Assembly (NCBI RefSeq): GCF_036321535.1
Contig: NC_087436.1
Location: 110,672,001 to 110,736,000 of the forward strand
Source of the DNA: Camelus dromedarius
Lineage: Eukaryota
DNA length: 64,000 nucleotides
Reading direction: 5' to 3'
The notes below the pieces were generated by a model. The model searched no databases. It worked only from the letters and a program-made list of their open reading frames with translations, and had not been told where the DNA came from. Numbering within the stretch: the stretch's first letter is position 1; each line of letters starts with the position of its first letter. Of this stretch, positions 51,166 through 64,000 are shown piece after piece. The position numbers and the translations under genes were made by a program.

Positions 51166-51316
51166 GCAGGGAGGGTATAGCTCAAGTGGTAGAGCACATG
51201 CTTAGCATACACAAGGTCCTGGGTTCAAACCCCAGTACCTCCTCTAAAAATAAATAAAATAAGTAAATCTAACTACCTCCCCCCCTAAAAAAGTAAATAA
51301 ATAAAATAAAACAAAC
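51166..51316 (+). mobile_element. Camelid tRNA-derived SINE (Vic-1 type)
   Basis: gggagggtatagctcaagtggtagagcacatgcttagcatacacaaggtcctgggttcaaacccc; 17-bp TSD aaaatattttgttcata / aaaatgttttgttcata. Confidence 0.93.
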
Positions 51317-51974
51317 AAAATGTTTTGTTCATAAAACTAGACATACAAAAAGATCTAAGAACAACACAAAATGGAACAGGAGCCAGGAAATTAAAGGGAG
51401 ATGAGAGGAGAAAGGTAAGAGAAGTAGACCTCTGAATTTTTCACTGGGGCCAAAAATCCTAGTCATAACAAGATGAAAGGTAAAAAGACATCAGAACCCA
51501 CAGATATTTCCAATGGCCCAGAGAGCATTTATCTTAAGCGTGGGTGCAAATGAAAAGACTACAGGCCTTGAGATGAGACCTTGGGTTCTCAGTTGCTGTT
51601 CAAGTGTTCTAAGCTCTTTGTTCCTCGTTAGTTAAAAGAGGAAAATGATACCCTCTTTTTCTATAGAGGCTATGAGAATTAGAAACAACAGCATAATTGA
51701 AGGAGAGAGTAGCACTTGGCAGATAAGCAGATAAATGATAGGTACCAGTAAAGTAATATACTAGTTAAGTGTTACCTTAAGTTTCTGGTCTCCACACTCT
51801 GCCCATCTTTTCCCCGAAACCTGGTTGATTTCTCTCCTTGTACACATCCCTCTTCCCAGATCCTCTGACCTGCTCCTGATCTGGTGAACTAACACTCCAA
51901 TCTGGCCCTTATCATCCTGCCTCTGACACTGATACAGGGATTGGCAACACAAATGTAACTGCAAATATGACGAC

Positions 51975-52225
51975 AGTTAAAATTCAAGAAGATGCTTTCC
52001 AGGCGCGATGCTAAGCATTTTATTTCTGTTATATCCTTTTCTCCAAATATTGGTCCCACTGTTTTACCATCCTCTCCAGTTTACAGAGGAGAACACTGAG
52101 AAACAGAGATGCTAATTACCTTTCCCAAGATTACTGCCATTAAGAGGCAGAGAAAGGACTTAAATCCAGGGTTTTATGAAGCCAAACACTGCCCTTTCCC
52201 CAGCTATTCCACTGCATTTCCCAGA
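51975..52225 (-). mobile_element. MIR SINE
   Basis: ccaggcgcgatgctaagcatttt...gtttacagaggagaacactgagaaacagagatg...ttcccaagatt. Confidence 0.8.
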
Positions 52226-54164
52226 CTCTCAGAACTTTCCCATGTCCTCATGAGGGCTCATGACTGGGCACTCTCTGCCTCTGGGTCACCAATTTCTCCA
52301 TAGTCAGGTATGACAGATGGGTTGCGGCAGGTACTCTGGACCCCCAAGCAGAGTCCAGTGACAACGTCAACTCTGCTAACTGGGACCGGCAGGAACATAC
52401 TATACTTCTCAGTGAGGACAGTGTAGAATGGTCCCCAGCCTCTCCCAGGTCTCTCTACACCCACAAAGCCAGGCCTGCCGAGGGGCCCCTGCGAAGGTGC
52501 TGCCGCTGCTGTCCACAGGCTTTTACTTTCTGCTTTCATGTACCTCCATCCTCTCTCTTCAATTAGTCAGATGGCAATGAAGCAACTCAGTATGTTTCAG
52601 GAGGTCACATTTTGGGAAGCCTCTAACAATGAATTAAATTTTCATTTTAGACCCTTAATGGCACAATCAATAATTTAGGGAGCAAAGAAAACATTTTCTG
52701 GGAAAGCATTAGCTTAAAACTGAAAAGTAGCTGCTTATCCCTTAGCAGTGACACAATTTTAGCAAGGCTGGGATAGAGGGAGCAGAGGCTGACAACCACC
52801 TCTCATGCATTCTTACTCCTCTCTCTCTTCCCCCCTTTCACTCTCTCCCTTTTCTCTCCTTACTTTTTTCCCGCTCATCTTTCTCTCTCCTATCTAGTCT
52901 TCACTATTTTTTTTGCCCCAACACTACTGCTATTAATGTTTCATATTTTCTCCTCATCTTTCTGAATATTGTACTTGCTGGTTCAATAATTAATTAGTAC
53001 TGTAACAAATCTGTAACTTTGAATTATTTTTTTCTTGGAAACAAACCAAAATCATTACCCATTAATGTTGTTTAATTCCATTTTGAAGTATTAGTCACAT
53101 TTAAAATTAAAGATTCACCTTAAAGAAATTGCTACAATTCAAATCGAATTTTTATTTTTTCCAATGTGCTTGGCCAACTAAAAATGTTAAATTTAAAAAT
53201 GTAAAAATACGCAAGACTCTAAGAGTTCCAAAGCTGTTTTTGAGAACTCACATGATGGTGAATAATACATCCAACTTGCTGAAACCTTTGAACTGATTTC
53301 GAAGAAACTGCTTCAAACGTATTTTTTTTCCTCTCTCTCTCTAGTTGTTGCTGATTGCAGGTACACTAAAAAACCCATTTGGTTTTGGAATAAGTAACAC
53401 TTCAAAGAAAGTAAACTGACAAAGACTTTTGCCTCAGAAGTCAGTAATCTGGGCTACATTTGAGCACAGTGTCACAGCCTAAGTATCAAATGCCCCACAC
53501 TTTTCCAGTCACTTCAATGATGATTCATCTAAGCAACACGAAATTATAACATAGCTTAAGCTTGTTCAAGAAAGCTAGCACTGGGGTGGTCCCTGGTAAG
53601 AGCATGGAAAATAGAAGGCTAGCAAAACATCCAAGGATAGATAACTTTTCTCTCATCCTAAAAAAACAGGGCATTTGGACAGATTAGTGATGTCAGCTGT
53701 AAGACCATCCCCAGTCACATTCCTCACCCATGCAGATCTCTCTAAAGTCTGCATATCAGGGGTTAAAGCTGTCACAAGAAAAAAAACCCTGTTCGGAATC
53801 CTAGAACTAGGTGATCTTCAAAACCTTTTTCAGACTTAAAAAAGTCTTTAAAATTGAATTATTTGCTCAACTTTACATGAAAAGCAACAGTAGAAACCCA
53901 GTGTTCTGATTTCTAGATCAGTTCACGTTTATGGATACTGCCTTCCCAGATCCTACCTCCTATCTTCTCCACCTGGTGGTATTACTCTGGCAACAAGCCC
54001 CAGGCTCAGCCTGTTCTACTACGGGCACTACCCTGGGGGACAGCCCTGCTGATTTGCATCCACTTCTGTTCCAATTTCGCAAGTCAGTCCTCAGTTCGTT
54101 CCCTAGAGAGTGGACCTTCAACTTGAGCTACCTGTTAACTAGCCTGTTAAAATAAAAACTGCAC

Positions 54165-54233
54165 AGCTCCACCCCCAGAGTTGCAGATTCAGCAGGTCTG
54201 GTTGAGCCCTAAGAATCTGCATTTCTGACAAGT
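54165..54233. mobile_element. MER5A-type hAT fragment
   Basis: ccccagagttgcagattcagcaggtctgg...aagaatctgcatttctgacaag. Confidence 0.75.
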
Positions 54234-54580
54234 GTTGTAAGACAATTCTCCATGAGTCTCTTGCATTTCTTCACATCTTGCAAGCAGAGGCACTGGCTTC
54301 CTTTATTCTGGACTGCTGTTCAAGAATGTTTGTAGACTGAACAGCCTTAGAAAGTGGAGATAGTAAAAGGCAGGCTTATTTACTGTCTGGCAGAATAAAG
54401 ATAATATCTTCCTCCCCAGGGCAAAGTTCAGGCAAACTTACTGTCCATTATAAAAGATTAGGATTCCCTAAGCTCCTGATTCTCCTGTAATACAAGCCAC
54501 TCTGTATGCAGGCATTATATTGCCCTCTTGACACTTCCCTGTTAGAATTAAGGCTCAGGGACAGATGCAAGCACCTTGTA
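54234..54580 (+). mobile_element. ERV LTR (MER-type), 3' part missing
   Basis: agacaattctccatgagtctcttgcatttct...gcagaggcactg...ccattataaaagattaggattccctaagctc (TATA-containing LTR-like block). Confidence 0.7.
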
Positions 54581-55096
54581 TAATATACATTTTTAATTTA
54601 TCTATAAGGATTTTGTGTACATCTCCTTTCTAGTACTTCCCTTGAGTTCCAGGACACCTATTGTGTTCACTCCTCTTTTTCCCCCAGGACTTAAAACAGA
54701 ATCAGGTACATAGCAGGTGCTTAATAAACATTTTTGAGTGAATGAATAAATACATAAAAAAAATAAGCAATAATAACCCAATAAAGTTATCACAACACTT
54801 AATCCCATTTTATAGGTGAGAAAAAGGAGGATGGGAGAGTATGGGTAACTTGGGTAAAATCACACAGCTAGCAAATTGCAGATCTTGGATTTGGACTAAG
54901 ATCTCCCAGTTCTCCCACCTAAACTTGTAACCACTGTGCTTCACTTCTCCTCTAATGTACACACACGTGTCTGTGAAGAGACTCGGAGCAGAGGGCAGAC
55001 CCCAATAGGTGGGTACAGGCTGCTCAGTAATCTTGGTAACTGTTTTCTTCTTTCTACATACCTGTAATTCCTAAATTCTCTATCCCAAAAAACCCC

Positions 55097-55195
55097 ATAT
55101 ATAAGTATTTTACATATGTATATATACACATGTATATACATATATAGATTTACATATATACATGTGTATGTGTATAGCTGTATATATATAAATTT
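55097..55195. repeat. (TA/CA)n low-complexity microsatellite
   Basis: tacatatgtatatatacacatgtatatacatatatag... Confidence 0.85.
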
Positions 55196-57062
55196 TATAA
55201 TGAGAAAAATATTTTTTTTTAAATCTAAGGAGTGGAATGATTTCAATGATGCTTCTACCACCAAAAATATTTTAGGAATGACTCCTCGAATTGCCTCAGA
55301 AACAGTGGGCAAGGCACACAAGAAAATGATTCCTCACTTTTGTTCACACTTTACTTTGACCCAAAATGGCTTTGCCCCCAACTCATCCCGTCATTTAATT
55401 TTCCGGACCTGGTCTGATTCCAAACATTATTATTTGTTTTCCAAAATCAAGTTTCTCCTATGGACAAAGATTTGCAACTGCTGAGGAAGTTAAAGGAAGT
55501 TAATATAAACTCTAAGAACAATCCCCAGTGTAGGTTCCAAAAGTAATCTTAAGAATCTTTAGAAGTGGTGGCTTAGTCTCTGGAGATTATTAATTTAAAC
55601 ATTATCCACACTTATTTCCACATACAACTTCAAAAAGCTACTCTCCTTAAATCAAGATCATAGCACAAGTTTTCCTTTAGGAACTATAATTCCTCAAAAA
55701 GTGATTGTTCTGTTGTCTGGCAACTCTATCATAATGCCAGCTAGCAAGAGCCTTCCCTGCCCCCACATTCGTCACCAGGACAAACCCCAGAGTTTATTGG
55801 AAACACAATGAAGGAGCCATGCCTCCTGCAGCAGCATTCGGACCCATGTAATTTAGATTCACCAAGATAATCAGTGTGTGATCATTAAAAGAACACTGTA
55901 CTGTTTACAGTTCTCAAGCATTTGGGACATTCTCCTTTGTTCATTATACTCAATTAGAAATTTGAATTAAGGTTTCCATTAAGCAAACACTGATCTCTTT
56001 TCCCATGTCCATTGTGGAACAGAAGCCAACAAGCCTCTTTAATTTCCTTCCAAGTTTTGTATATAAGTTACATTGTTGAGAATGGGGTTTTAATATAATT
56101 GATCTCCCTTTGTGTGTTTGGGCCACTTGGTAGGAGCCAGCACAACTCAAATCTAAATGCTACCTACTACAAACCATTATAATTTTCCAATTTTATTCCC
56201 TTAGCATTTGGAGATAGAAAAACTTATAGAATTTTATAAAAATCAAAATTTGCTTTCTGTATATTGACTTTATAAATAATCTTCCAGCACAGTGAAAAAA
56301 ACTTTCACTTTGGGAATCAAGGAATCTGGATTCACGTGTCAGTTCCACTTACTAGCTAGAGAATCAAAGGAAAGCTCTGTAACTTCTCCGAGTTCAGGTT
56401 TTCTCACTGGTAAAAAATGGATTCATAATACCAGTGCTAACAACCTCATAAAATTATCAATATCGAATGAGATAATACACATATGAAAATGCTGATACTG
56501 TTTATTATTTAGAATTAACAGTCACATAATCAAATCTCATTGAAGGTAATCTTCAAAGACATACCTCATTTTTAATTTGACGCTCCAGAAATGCTTCATT
56601 ATAATACAGTCTAATGTGTCATTTGGAACATTTAATCCATCAACAAAGAGCATAATAGGGGGACAGTTTCTATTTAATCATGCAAGAATAATTGTGATAG
56701 GAAGGTTACACTTGAAACATCCACTCCTGGGGTGGGAGAAGGGGATGTATTATGCTTCAGCTTTCAAATTCACAGAAATGGATCCTTCGTTCTTGTGTGG
56801 CATTTCACAATGTTTTTGTCCTGGGAAAGGGGCGGGGCAGGGGCTGCAGAAAGAGGGACAAATTGGAAAGGTCTCACTTCTTTTCAATTACTATAGCCAG
56901 ACTCCAAGGACATCATTCACAATGGGCAGTACACGAGACGCTCCCTCCAGAAAACACTTTAATTATGGGCTGCTGGCATGTGTCCAGGAGGGAGCTGGCT
57001 ATCAGAGGCTGGGAGGCTGGAGCAAGGCTTTCAATCGGCCCCATTCAGAGAAGGGAATACCC

Positions 57063-57084
57063 GGGGGGGGGGGGGGGGGGGGGG
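57063..57084 (+). repeat. Poly-G tract (22 G)
   Basis: Direct read of the sequence. Confidence 0.95.
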
Positions 57085-58939
57085 ACACAAAGTGATTACC
57101 GTCATCAAGAGCAACTGCAGCAACACTGGACTTGGGCCCGGGTTGTTCACAAACAGGCAATTCCTCCTGCGCGACATTTGTGTTGACCTCCTCATACAGA
57201 AGCTCCAGAAGGAAAAAAGCAGGGGATAACCTTTTCCTTCTTAATCATCAACATTTAGCAGGGTAAATGTCATCTGCCGTCTGACTTTTCATTAACCGTA
57301 TAAAATCCTGGGAAACGGTCCCTGCACTCAGAGACCTTTTTTTTTTTTTTTTAATGATTTCCCCTACCGCGTTTCTTTTTGTTTTAAAACCCAACTATTT
57401 AATTTGCTTGTGCCCCTGACAATTCCTATAGGGATTGCTGGAGGTGTCATGCCTGCAACCTCCTCATCAGAAGTTTCTTAAGGCAGAATTATTGGAAGCA
57501 AATTGGGTAACTACGCTAACAAGGAGACTCAATTTAACTGTCATCGGGAAATTATAAAATAGCTTATCAGAGATTGAATGTGAAGGAAAGACCCCAAGGA
57601 TTGTAATTTAAGAAGCAGTAGGTTAAACTGTGTGGGGAAGATTTCCTTTAGCTCATTAGTACTTGAAGTCGCAAGCATTTAAGGATCTAAGACCCGCCAA
57701 GGGAACAAGCCTGCCTTCGGTTCTCCTGCTGGAGAGTGATTAGCTGGAATTAACAAGAGCACCGCTAGGGATTTCTTCCCAGATCAATTCAAACAACAGT
57801 TTCCCTGACACAGAAGTCTTACGAAACAGTTAACCTGGCTTTGCAACCCGGCTTGTGTACCACGGAGGAGTGTGTATGTCTGGCATTTTCTCTCTGCAGA
57901 GCAGAATGTCACTGGGAAATTATTGAGATAAAAACACATCCACCCTGCACCTGTCACAGAGTCATGTCATGATGAGAAAAATTACCTGGTGGTGCCTGGT
58001 TCTGCGGATGTCTCCATTTTATTCCCGGACCTGCCACTCACTCACTTATTTGTAGTTCCATGAGCAAATTCCCGTAGGCAGGGTTAATGGTTGGGGAAGG
58101 CGGGTGGAAAGCCATCAGTCAACTATTAGCTTCAGCAAGCATTTCAGCAGTCTGATTCATTTTGTCTAAGCTGCCAGTCATACAGTGTAGGACAAGGACC
58201 ACGTCCAAACTCCCGTCGTAGGTGGTCCTAGGCTAAGCCTGGACACAATCTCTGTAATGCATCAGACACACTCTTCAGGGATGGTATTCAAGTAACAGTC
58301 CCCCCAAATTGCCCCCAATAAACCAGATTGCTGAAAGGAATAGATGGTCCTAATAAAATCAAATTTCAGGCTTATGGTCTGAATTTTCGCCGAATCCTAG
58401 AGAGTTTGGCTTTGTCATCAAATAACCTGAATTCGAATCCTAGCTCCACCACAAACTGCATGACTCTGGGCCAGCCATCCAAGCTCTGGAACCTCACCCA
58501 TAAACACGGAGATAATCAGGAGACGACCTAGCACATAGGATTAGAATAGGCACCAGTGTAAGTAGTGTATTTCAAACAAACCGGGAGATATAAAGCAAAG
58601 AGGTATTTTACTGAATGGATACTCAAACCAAAACTACCCTGATGACAGCCCATTAAAAAATAATAATGATTAAGTAAAATCATGGAATGGAATTTTTATA
58701 TCATACAGTTATTCTTTTCTTCAAAATATGAGTTGAGAAAATGCATTTTGATTCATGAAATATCCCCATTAGTCAGGCTGCAGTTTACTCAGGTAATATT
58801 TTTGGAGACTACAGTGTATCTGTCTATATTCTTGGCAGAAGGCAACTGGCTATCTTCAACAGAAGAGAAGTACTAGGAGTTTATCAAGGAAACACGGAAT
58901 TGAAAAGGGTCTTAAAAACCAGACTTCCGATGTGGCAGG

Positions 58940-59401
58940 TTACAAAGACTCTCTCCTTGACCAAACTGACTTCTGTTCTCAGCTGGCCTTGCTCTCTGTC
59001 CCGTCTGTCTTTGGCCTGCCTAGCCTACTTATAGCAAGAATCCTGCTAAGTCAGTTTGTAAGAATCCCCCAGCCTTGATATCTTGTCACCCTTTATATGT
59101 GATCCAGTTCCTCGTCCCTCACCTTCGATACGTAAGTCCTTCGCCTGCCTTCAGCAAAAAATCCTGTTAGGTCAGTTTAGCAAGAAATTCCTTACCCTTG
59201 GTGTCTCCTCTAAGTAATTTTCTATCCACTGACATCTCTGATCCTGCTCCTTGGCTGCAAATCCGTAGCTGCTCCTTGGTGGATTCAGAGTTGAACCCTA
59301 TCTCTCTCCCCTACCGCAATAGTCATAATTCCTATTACAATAATCTTGAATAAAGTCTTCCTTATCCTTTTAATAAGCATCAGAACAGTTTTTCTTTAAC
59401 G
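58940..59401 (+). mobile_element. MER31-like ERV1 solo LTR
   Basis: Starts acaaagactctctccttgaccaaact; internal duplicated aatcctg(c/t)ta(a/g)gtcagttt; aataaagtcttcc near 59349; ends tttctttaac. Confidence 0.8.
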
Positions 59402-60569
59402 CATGAAAGAAAGAGGCTGTACAAGGTCAAGGACACAAACAGCACGAGTGGTCTCCTCTCCCAGCATGAGGACCACCACGGCACCGTGGACTCTCCCAGC
59501 TTCTCCTGGTCTTTGCAGCACTTGCTCCCAATTCCAAATTCTGGACGGAAGCATCCAACTGGCTCAGGCTTAGGTAGCCTGTCCCAGCCCTGGTTACTGG
59601 GTAGTGGAAAGAGGGACAGTTTTCCCTCTATATTCCATGGACATGGATGAAGCAGGTGGAATATTTCCCAAAAAAGAGAGAACAATTATATGCTAAACAG
59701 CCAAAAATACCAACTTTCTACTGTGAGTAGCTATTGGGTGTGGCTCACGGGCCAGATACTTTTCACACCCCATGTAAGAATTTTTACTTAATACTTAAAA
59801 CCACCTGGAAAGATGAAGTGTCTTATGTCCACGTTAAGATGAGAAAACAGGCTCCGATAAACTCAGTGCCTTTTTCAAGAATTATACATCTCCTAAGTGA
59901 TAAGATCCAGGCCTGTCTGGCCTCATCTTTCACACCACTGAGCTGGCTCTCATCAAAACTGGTTTAAGCGTTGGGCCCAGGGCTGAATGAAATAATGAAT
60001 CAGAAAAGAACCTTATGAACCAGTATGAAAGGAAAAGAGAACAATGAGAAATAAATCAGGATCTCTTTTTCCTTCTGTGAACATAAGGCAAGGTGCTGTG
60101 TGAGATGCACACAGAGGAAAAGTGAAAAGCAGCATTGTCTCCCACGGGCTTGGGTGCTCTGGTGGCTCACTGCCCACTGCTGCAGGAGCTGTGCCCTGCC
60201 CTTGAATAGGGAGGCTGGGTGCTGCCCTCTCTGTGCTGGGTGAACCTCACTGCTCCAGAAATGCTGAACTTCCCTGCACCATGAATATGTATGATTTGTC
60301 TTTGCCAAGCATTGATGAAGATCAGTTTAACCTGAGGATGATTCTGATCAAAAAAGGCTTTGTCCTTTCCCTGGAGTTTTTTCTTCCCTGCAAGCTGATG
60401 ACACTCAAAACAGTAATGGAAATTACTGACTGTGTGTTACATTTCTTAATATTTTAACTACTTTTACTCATATGGATCTGGACAATGAAGAGAATAATAA
60501 TCATTTGAAATTCACATCTATAAACCTTTCAGACACGATTACAAATACTTTTTTCTTCAACTCTCTGGG

Positions 60570-60790
60570 CAAGGTAGAATAAAGTATAAAGGTTAAAAAT
60601 AAAAGCTGGCCTAGAATCCTTGCTTTGCTACCTATTAACTGAGTATCTTAGAGAAAGTTACTTAACCTCTCTGAGCCTCATTTTCTCCACCTGTAAAATG
60701 GGGATAAGAATAATATAGAATTCATAGGGCTATTATGCACAGTACCCGCCACGTCATGAGTATTAAATAAAAAGGGAGTTATTTTTATCT
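60570..60790 (+). mobile_element. MIR SINE
   Basis: aagttacttaacctctctgagcctcattttctccacctgtaaaatggggataagaataat. Confidence 0.88.
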
Positions 60791-62609
60791 TTATTTTACA
60801 AGAACTTGGAGAAATTAGGTAACCTGCCGAGATCACAGGCATCACGAAAAGCTTAAACTCTGTCTTGATTTTAAAAACAGGACATCTTTCCTACCCAACT
60901 TCCTGCCGTCTTTTACATACACACCACCTTGCTAATTCACATTTATTCTTCTATCCACTATGATTAGTGAAGAGGGTAAGAAATTCTTCTCTAGGTCCAA
61001 CAGGTTTGCAATCTCTGAACATAGGTGATCTCTTTCACTGAGAGCCACCCTTAGCTAGGCACAGCTCCAGCATCTCTCCTTTTCATTAGTGTTCTGTTGA
61101 GAACATGTTTCCCCAAGACTGCATTCAAAAATTTCCCAAATGTCTATTTTTGCATGACTTTGTTAATAAGTTTTTAACATTTACTCCCTGCTGGATAAAG
61201 TAGGACTTCCTCGCCTGAGGGGGTAGTGTCACTCCACACAGGACTCTTTATCCAAGTACAGAACATACCCATGATCCATAGACTCATGAAAATAACTGAG
61301 GGAAAGAAGCCCAGAGTAGAGACACAAATGCAAAACATGAAAAATGGAAGATGCTTCTATCTTCACATATGAAAAAAAAATTACCAACAAAGCCCAAAAG
61401 ATGAGCAAATTCCAGGCAGCATCACAGAAAGTTTAGAATAAAGGAGTGAACTATTTATTCCCTCTGTGTACTCCACACCAGAATTCAGCCACATTCAGTG
61501 TGAGCCCTGAGAAAACTAGAAGCAACTTTCTTAAATTGTCAAAAATTATTACATCATTGATTCTATTGGGTTTTTTTCAAAAATATGAATATGGAAAATA
61601 AACTCAGGATGAGGTGAATATACATTCCCTACAAATGTGCCCTCTCACACAGGATGGAATTCTGACACAGATATAACTCCGTAATTGTTCACAGCTTTTG
61701 ATTCTCTGCTCTCCTTTCAGCATCCTATAGGGCTCCTTGATGATGTACTTGAGTAAGTTTTCACCCACACAGATCTCCTGGGTACTCAGGTCCCAGCTGT
61801 CTTCTCTTCCATTTTCTTTTATTCGTTCACAACAACTTCATTCATCTTTGTGCATATATTACCTCCTCTCTCATTTATTTAGAGGAAAATGATTAATACA
61901 AGTAGAAATGTGAAATTCTATTTCCCGTCAAAATATCTCCCATCTCATGATTCCTTCCAAAGAATGTTTTGAGTATTAAAAATATGTACTAGACAACCAT
62001 ATGTTAAAAGGTATTTATGACTCTCTTGGCATGGGTATGATCTCAGAGATTTACTTCAAGTTGAAAAATTTTAGGTGTTTAAAAAAACTGTAATGAAGCT
62101 AATTAGTAAACACCTATATCTAGTATTTTAATATGGTTTTTAGTCAATGAAAATAGAAATCAAATTGAATAACTCTACTCACACTAAAGTAAAACTTTTT
62201 ATGGCTTAAGTGAATATTAAAAAAGATAATTTTCTAATCACATTTATAAGCCCCTAGATGGACATTTGAAGTGAACTATGGCTGTTTACAAAGCAGAACA
62301 AGATGTCCCATTTGTCAAGGCTAAAAGTCATAAGGAGATGGCAAAAGGATAATGCTATTTACCATACAGATAACACTTATTAAGGGTTTATTCTCTGTCA
62401 GGTGCAGCACTAAGCACTTTATAGTACATTGTTCCTTTTAAAATGCACAATAGCATTATTCTTGCCTCCATTTTAAATACAGGGAATTCAAGCCCAGAGA
62501 GGTTAAGATTTGCCAAGGATGGGGTAAATGCCTCAAGTAAATGGTAGAATAGGGTACTGACATGTTTATCTATTTTTAAAGGCACACACTCTAAATTGAA
62601 CTTCTTCAA

Positions 62610-63100
62610 TCATTTCATCCACAAATATTTATTGAGACCTCTAAAGTGCTGGGTAGAGCTCAAGATTCTGGTGAAACAGGAATAAGCAAGAAAGGCAAAA
62701 CCACTGCCTTCCTCAAACATTCTTTTGGGAACAGATGGAAAATCAATACATAAACTAATGAACAAGATTATTGCAGATGGTGATAAGTGCAAAACAGAAC
62801 AGGATGATGAGCCAAGAAGTAAGAAATAAGGACAGCTGACAATTCCCATACATACCTCTTAAAGGTCTTACTGGGGAGGTGACAGTGAAACCAGATCCCC
62901 AGGTCCCGAACCATGAGAAATCCTCTGACATAAGGGGCCTGGGGCAGTCTTCTGCAAAGTCCTCCCTTGAGAGGTCAGAGGAACAAAATGAATGCCAGGG
63001 CAGCCAGAGCACAGACTGGGAAGGAGAGCAAGCATGGTGCGGGCTGCAGTTAGAGACAGGCAGGATCAAATATCTTGACAACAAACACATTGCCATGTAA
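62610..63100 (-). mobile_element. L2 LINE 3' end
   Basis: tcatttcatccacaaatatttattgagacct...ggggaggtgacagtgaa. Confidence 0.8.
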
Positions 63101-63482
63101 AAAGTAAAACCCATAAACATAAAGGTTTCACTATTCTAATGCAAACACTGCCAAGAGTTACATAGTAAACGGTATTTATGTCAAACACTTTATAAGGGAA
63201 AGATTTAGCCTAAATATCAATATAATGATTACTACATTCTTATATTTAGATAGGAAAAATATTCCATTTTCAACACTATAGGTAAGTTTTGGCTTGAGCT
63301 ATTTAGATGTGTGGGGATTTTTTTTTTTTTATAATTTCACTCCTTTATTTACCATTGCAAACAGACAAAAAAGATGCATACCAACAGGTTAATGGTGTTA
63401 TCTCTAGGTGATGGGAGTGATGAATAATTTTAATAACCTTCTTTTTACATATATTTTCTAAATTTTCTCTTTTTTGCTTTCT

Positions 63483-64000
63483 TTATATTTTTTATTGACG
63501 CATAGTTGATTTACAATAGTATATTAGGGGTACAACATAGTGGGTGATTCAATATTTTTATAGATTGTACTTCATTTAAAGTTATTACAAAGTAATGACT
63601 ATATTTCTCTGTGATGCACAATAAATCCTTGTTACTTATTTATTTTATACATAGTAGTTCGTATCTCTTTATCCCATACCCGTATCTTGTCCCTGTCACA
63701 TTCCTTATCCCCACTGGTATCCACTAGTTTGCTCTCTATACCTGTGAGTCTGTTTCTCTTTTGTTATATACATTTGTTTGTTTTCTTTTTTTAGCTTCCA
63801 CATATATGAGATATCACCTCACACTTGTCAGAATGGCTATCATCAAAAAGTCTACAAATAACAAGTGTTGAAAAGGATGTAGAGAATAGGGAACCCTTGT
63901 ATACTGTTGATGGGAATGTAAATTGGTGCAGCCACTGTGGAAAACAGTGTAAAGGTTTCTCAAAAAAACTAAAAATGGAACTACCATATGACCCAGCCAT
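63483..64000. mobile_element. L1 3' end with 5' inversion (twin priming), runs off the window
   Basis: Antisense 3' UTR (tttttattgacgcatagttgatttacaat...ttccacatat) switches at about 63808 to sense ORF2 3' region (atgagatatcacctcacacttgtcagaatggctatcatcaaaaagtctacaaataac). Confidence 0.88.

Noticed and set aside
51166..51245. tRNA genes (also 20705-20780 and 46040-46118)
   Set aside because: tRNA-like heads are followed by a SINE body and A-rich tail and are flanked by TSDs, so they are SINEs rather than tRNA genes.
56577..57095. Longest ORF (172 aa) as a coding gene
   Set aside because: TTG start, poly-Gly produced by the G run, overlapping ORFs in other frames, no recognisable domain.
1..64000. 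The 60-170 aa ORFs in the supplied track as real genes
   Set aside because: Short, often with non-ATG starts, mostly inside repeats or low-complexity DNA, and with no recognisable domains apart from L1 ORF2 remnants; expected by chance in mammalian non-coding DNA.

Overview
Non-coding, AT-rich, CpG-depleted mammalian genomic DNA, most likely camelid (camel, alpaca or llama): it carries three tRNA-derived SINEs with the GGGGAGGGTATAGCTCA head and ACCTAATTACC-type 3' part that I recognise as the camelid Vic-1 type. No intact protein-coding gene is supportable. The only clearly recognisable ORF fragments are decayed LINE-1 ORF2 pieces. The window is a mosaic of L1, L2, MIR, MaLR/ERV solo LTRs and DNA-transposon relics (MADE2, MER33, MER2, MER58), separated by TE-poor blocks that look like intronic or gene-desert regulatory DNA. 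Three things stand out: (1) a near-perfect 618-bp inverted duplication (32548-33165 / 33611-34228, 2 mismatches, 445-bp spacer) that cuts through an MLT1 LTR; (2) a probable AmnSINE1 (Deu-domain SINE) relic at about 16500-16900, a family known for enhancer exaptation; (3) a block at about 48.3-48.8 kb lacking normal CpG/TpA depletion, whose + frame loosely resembles an RTE-type reverse transcriptase. Repeat family names come from my recollection of consensus sequences and need RepeatMasker/Dfam confirmation. Boundaries are approximate unless target-site duplications (TSDs) are given.
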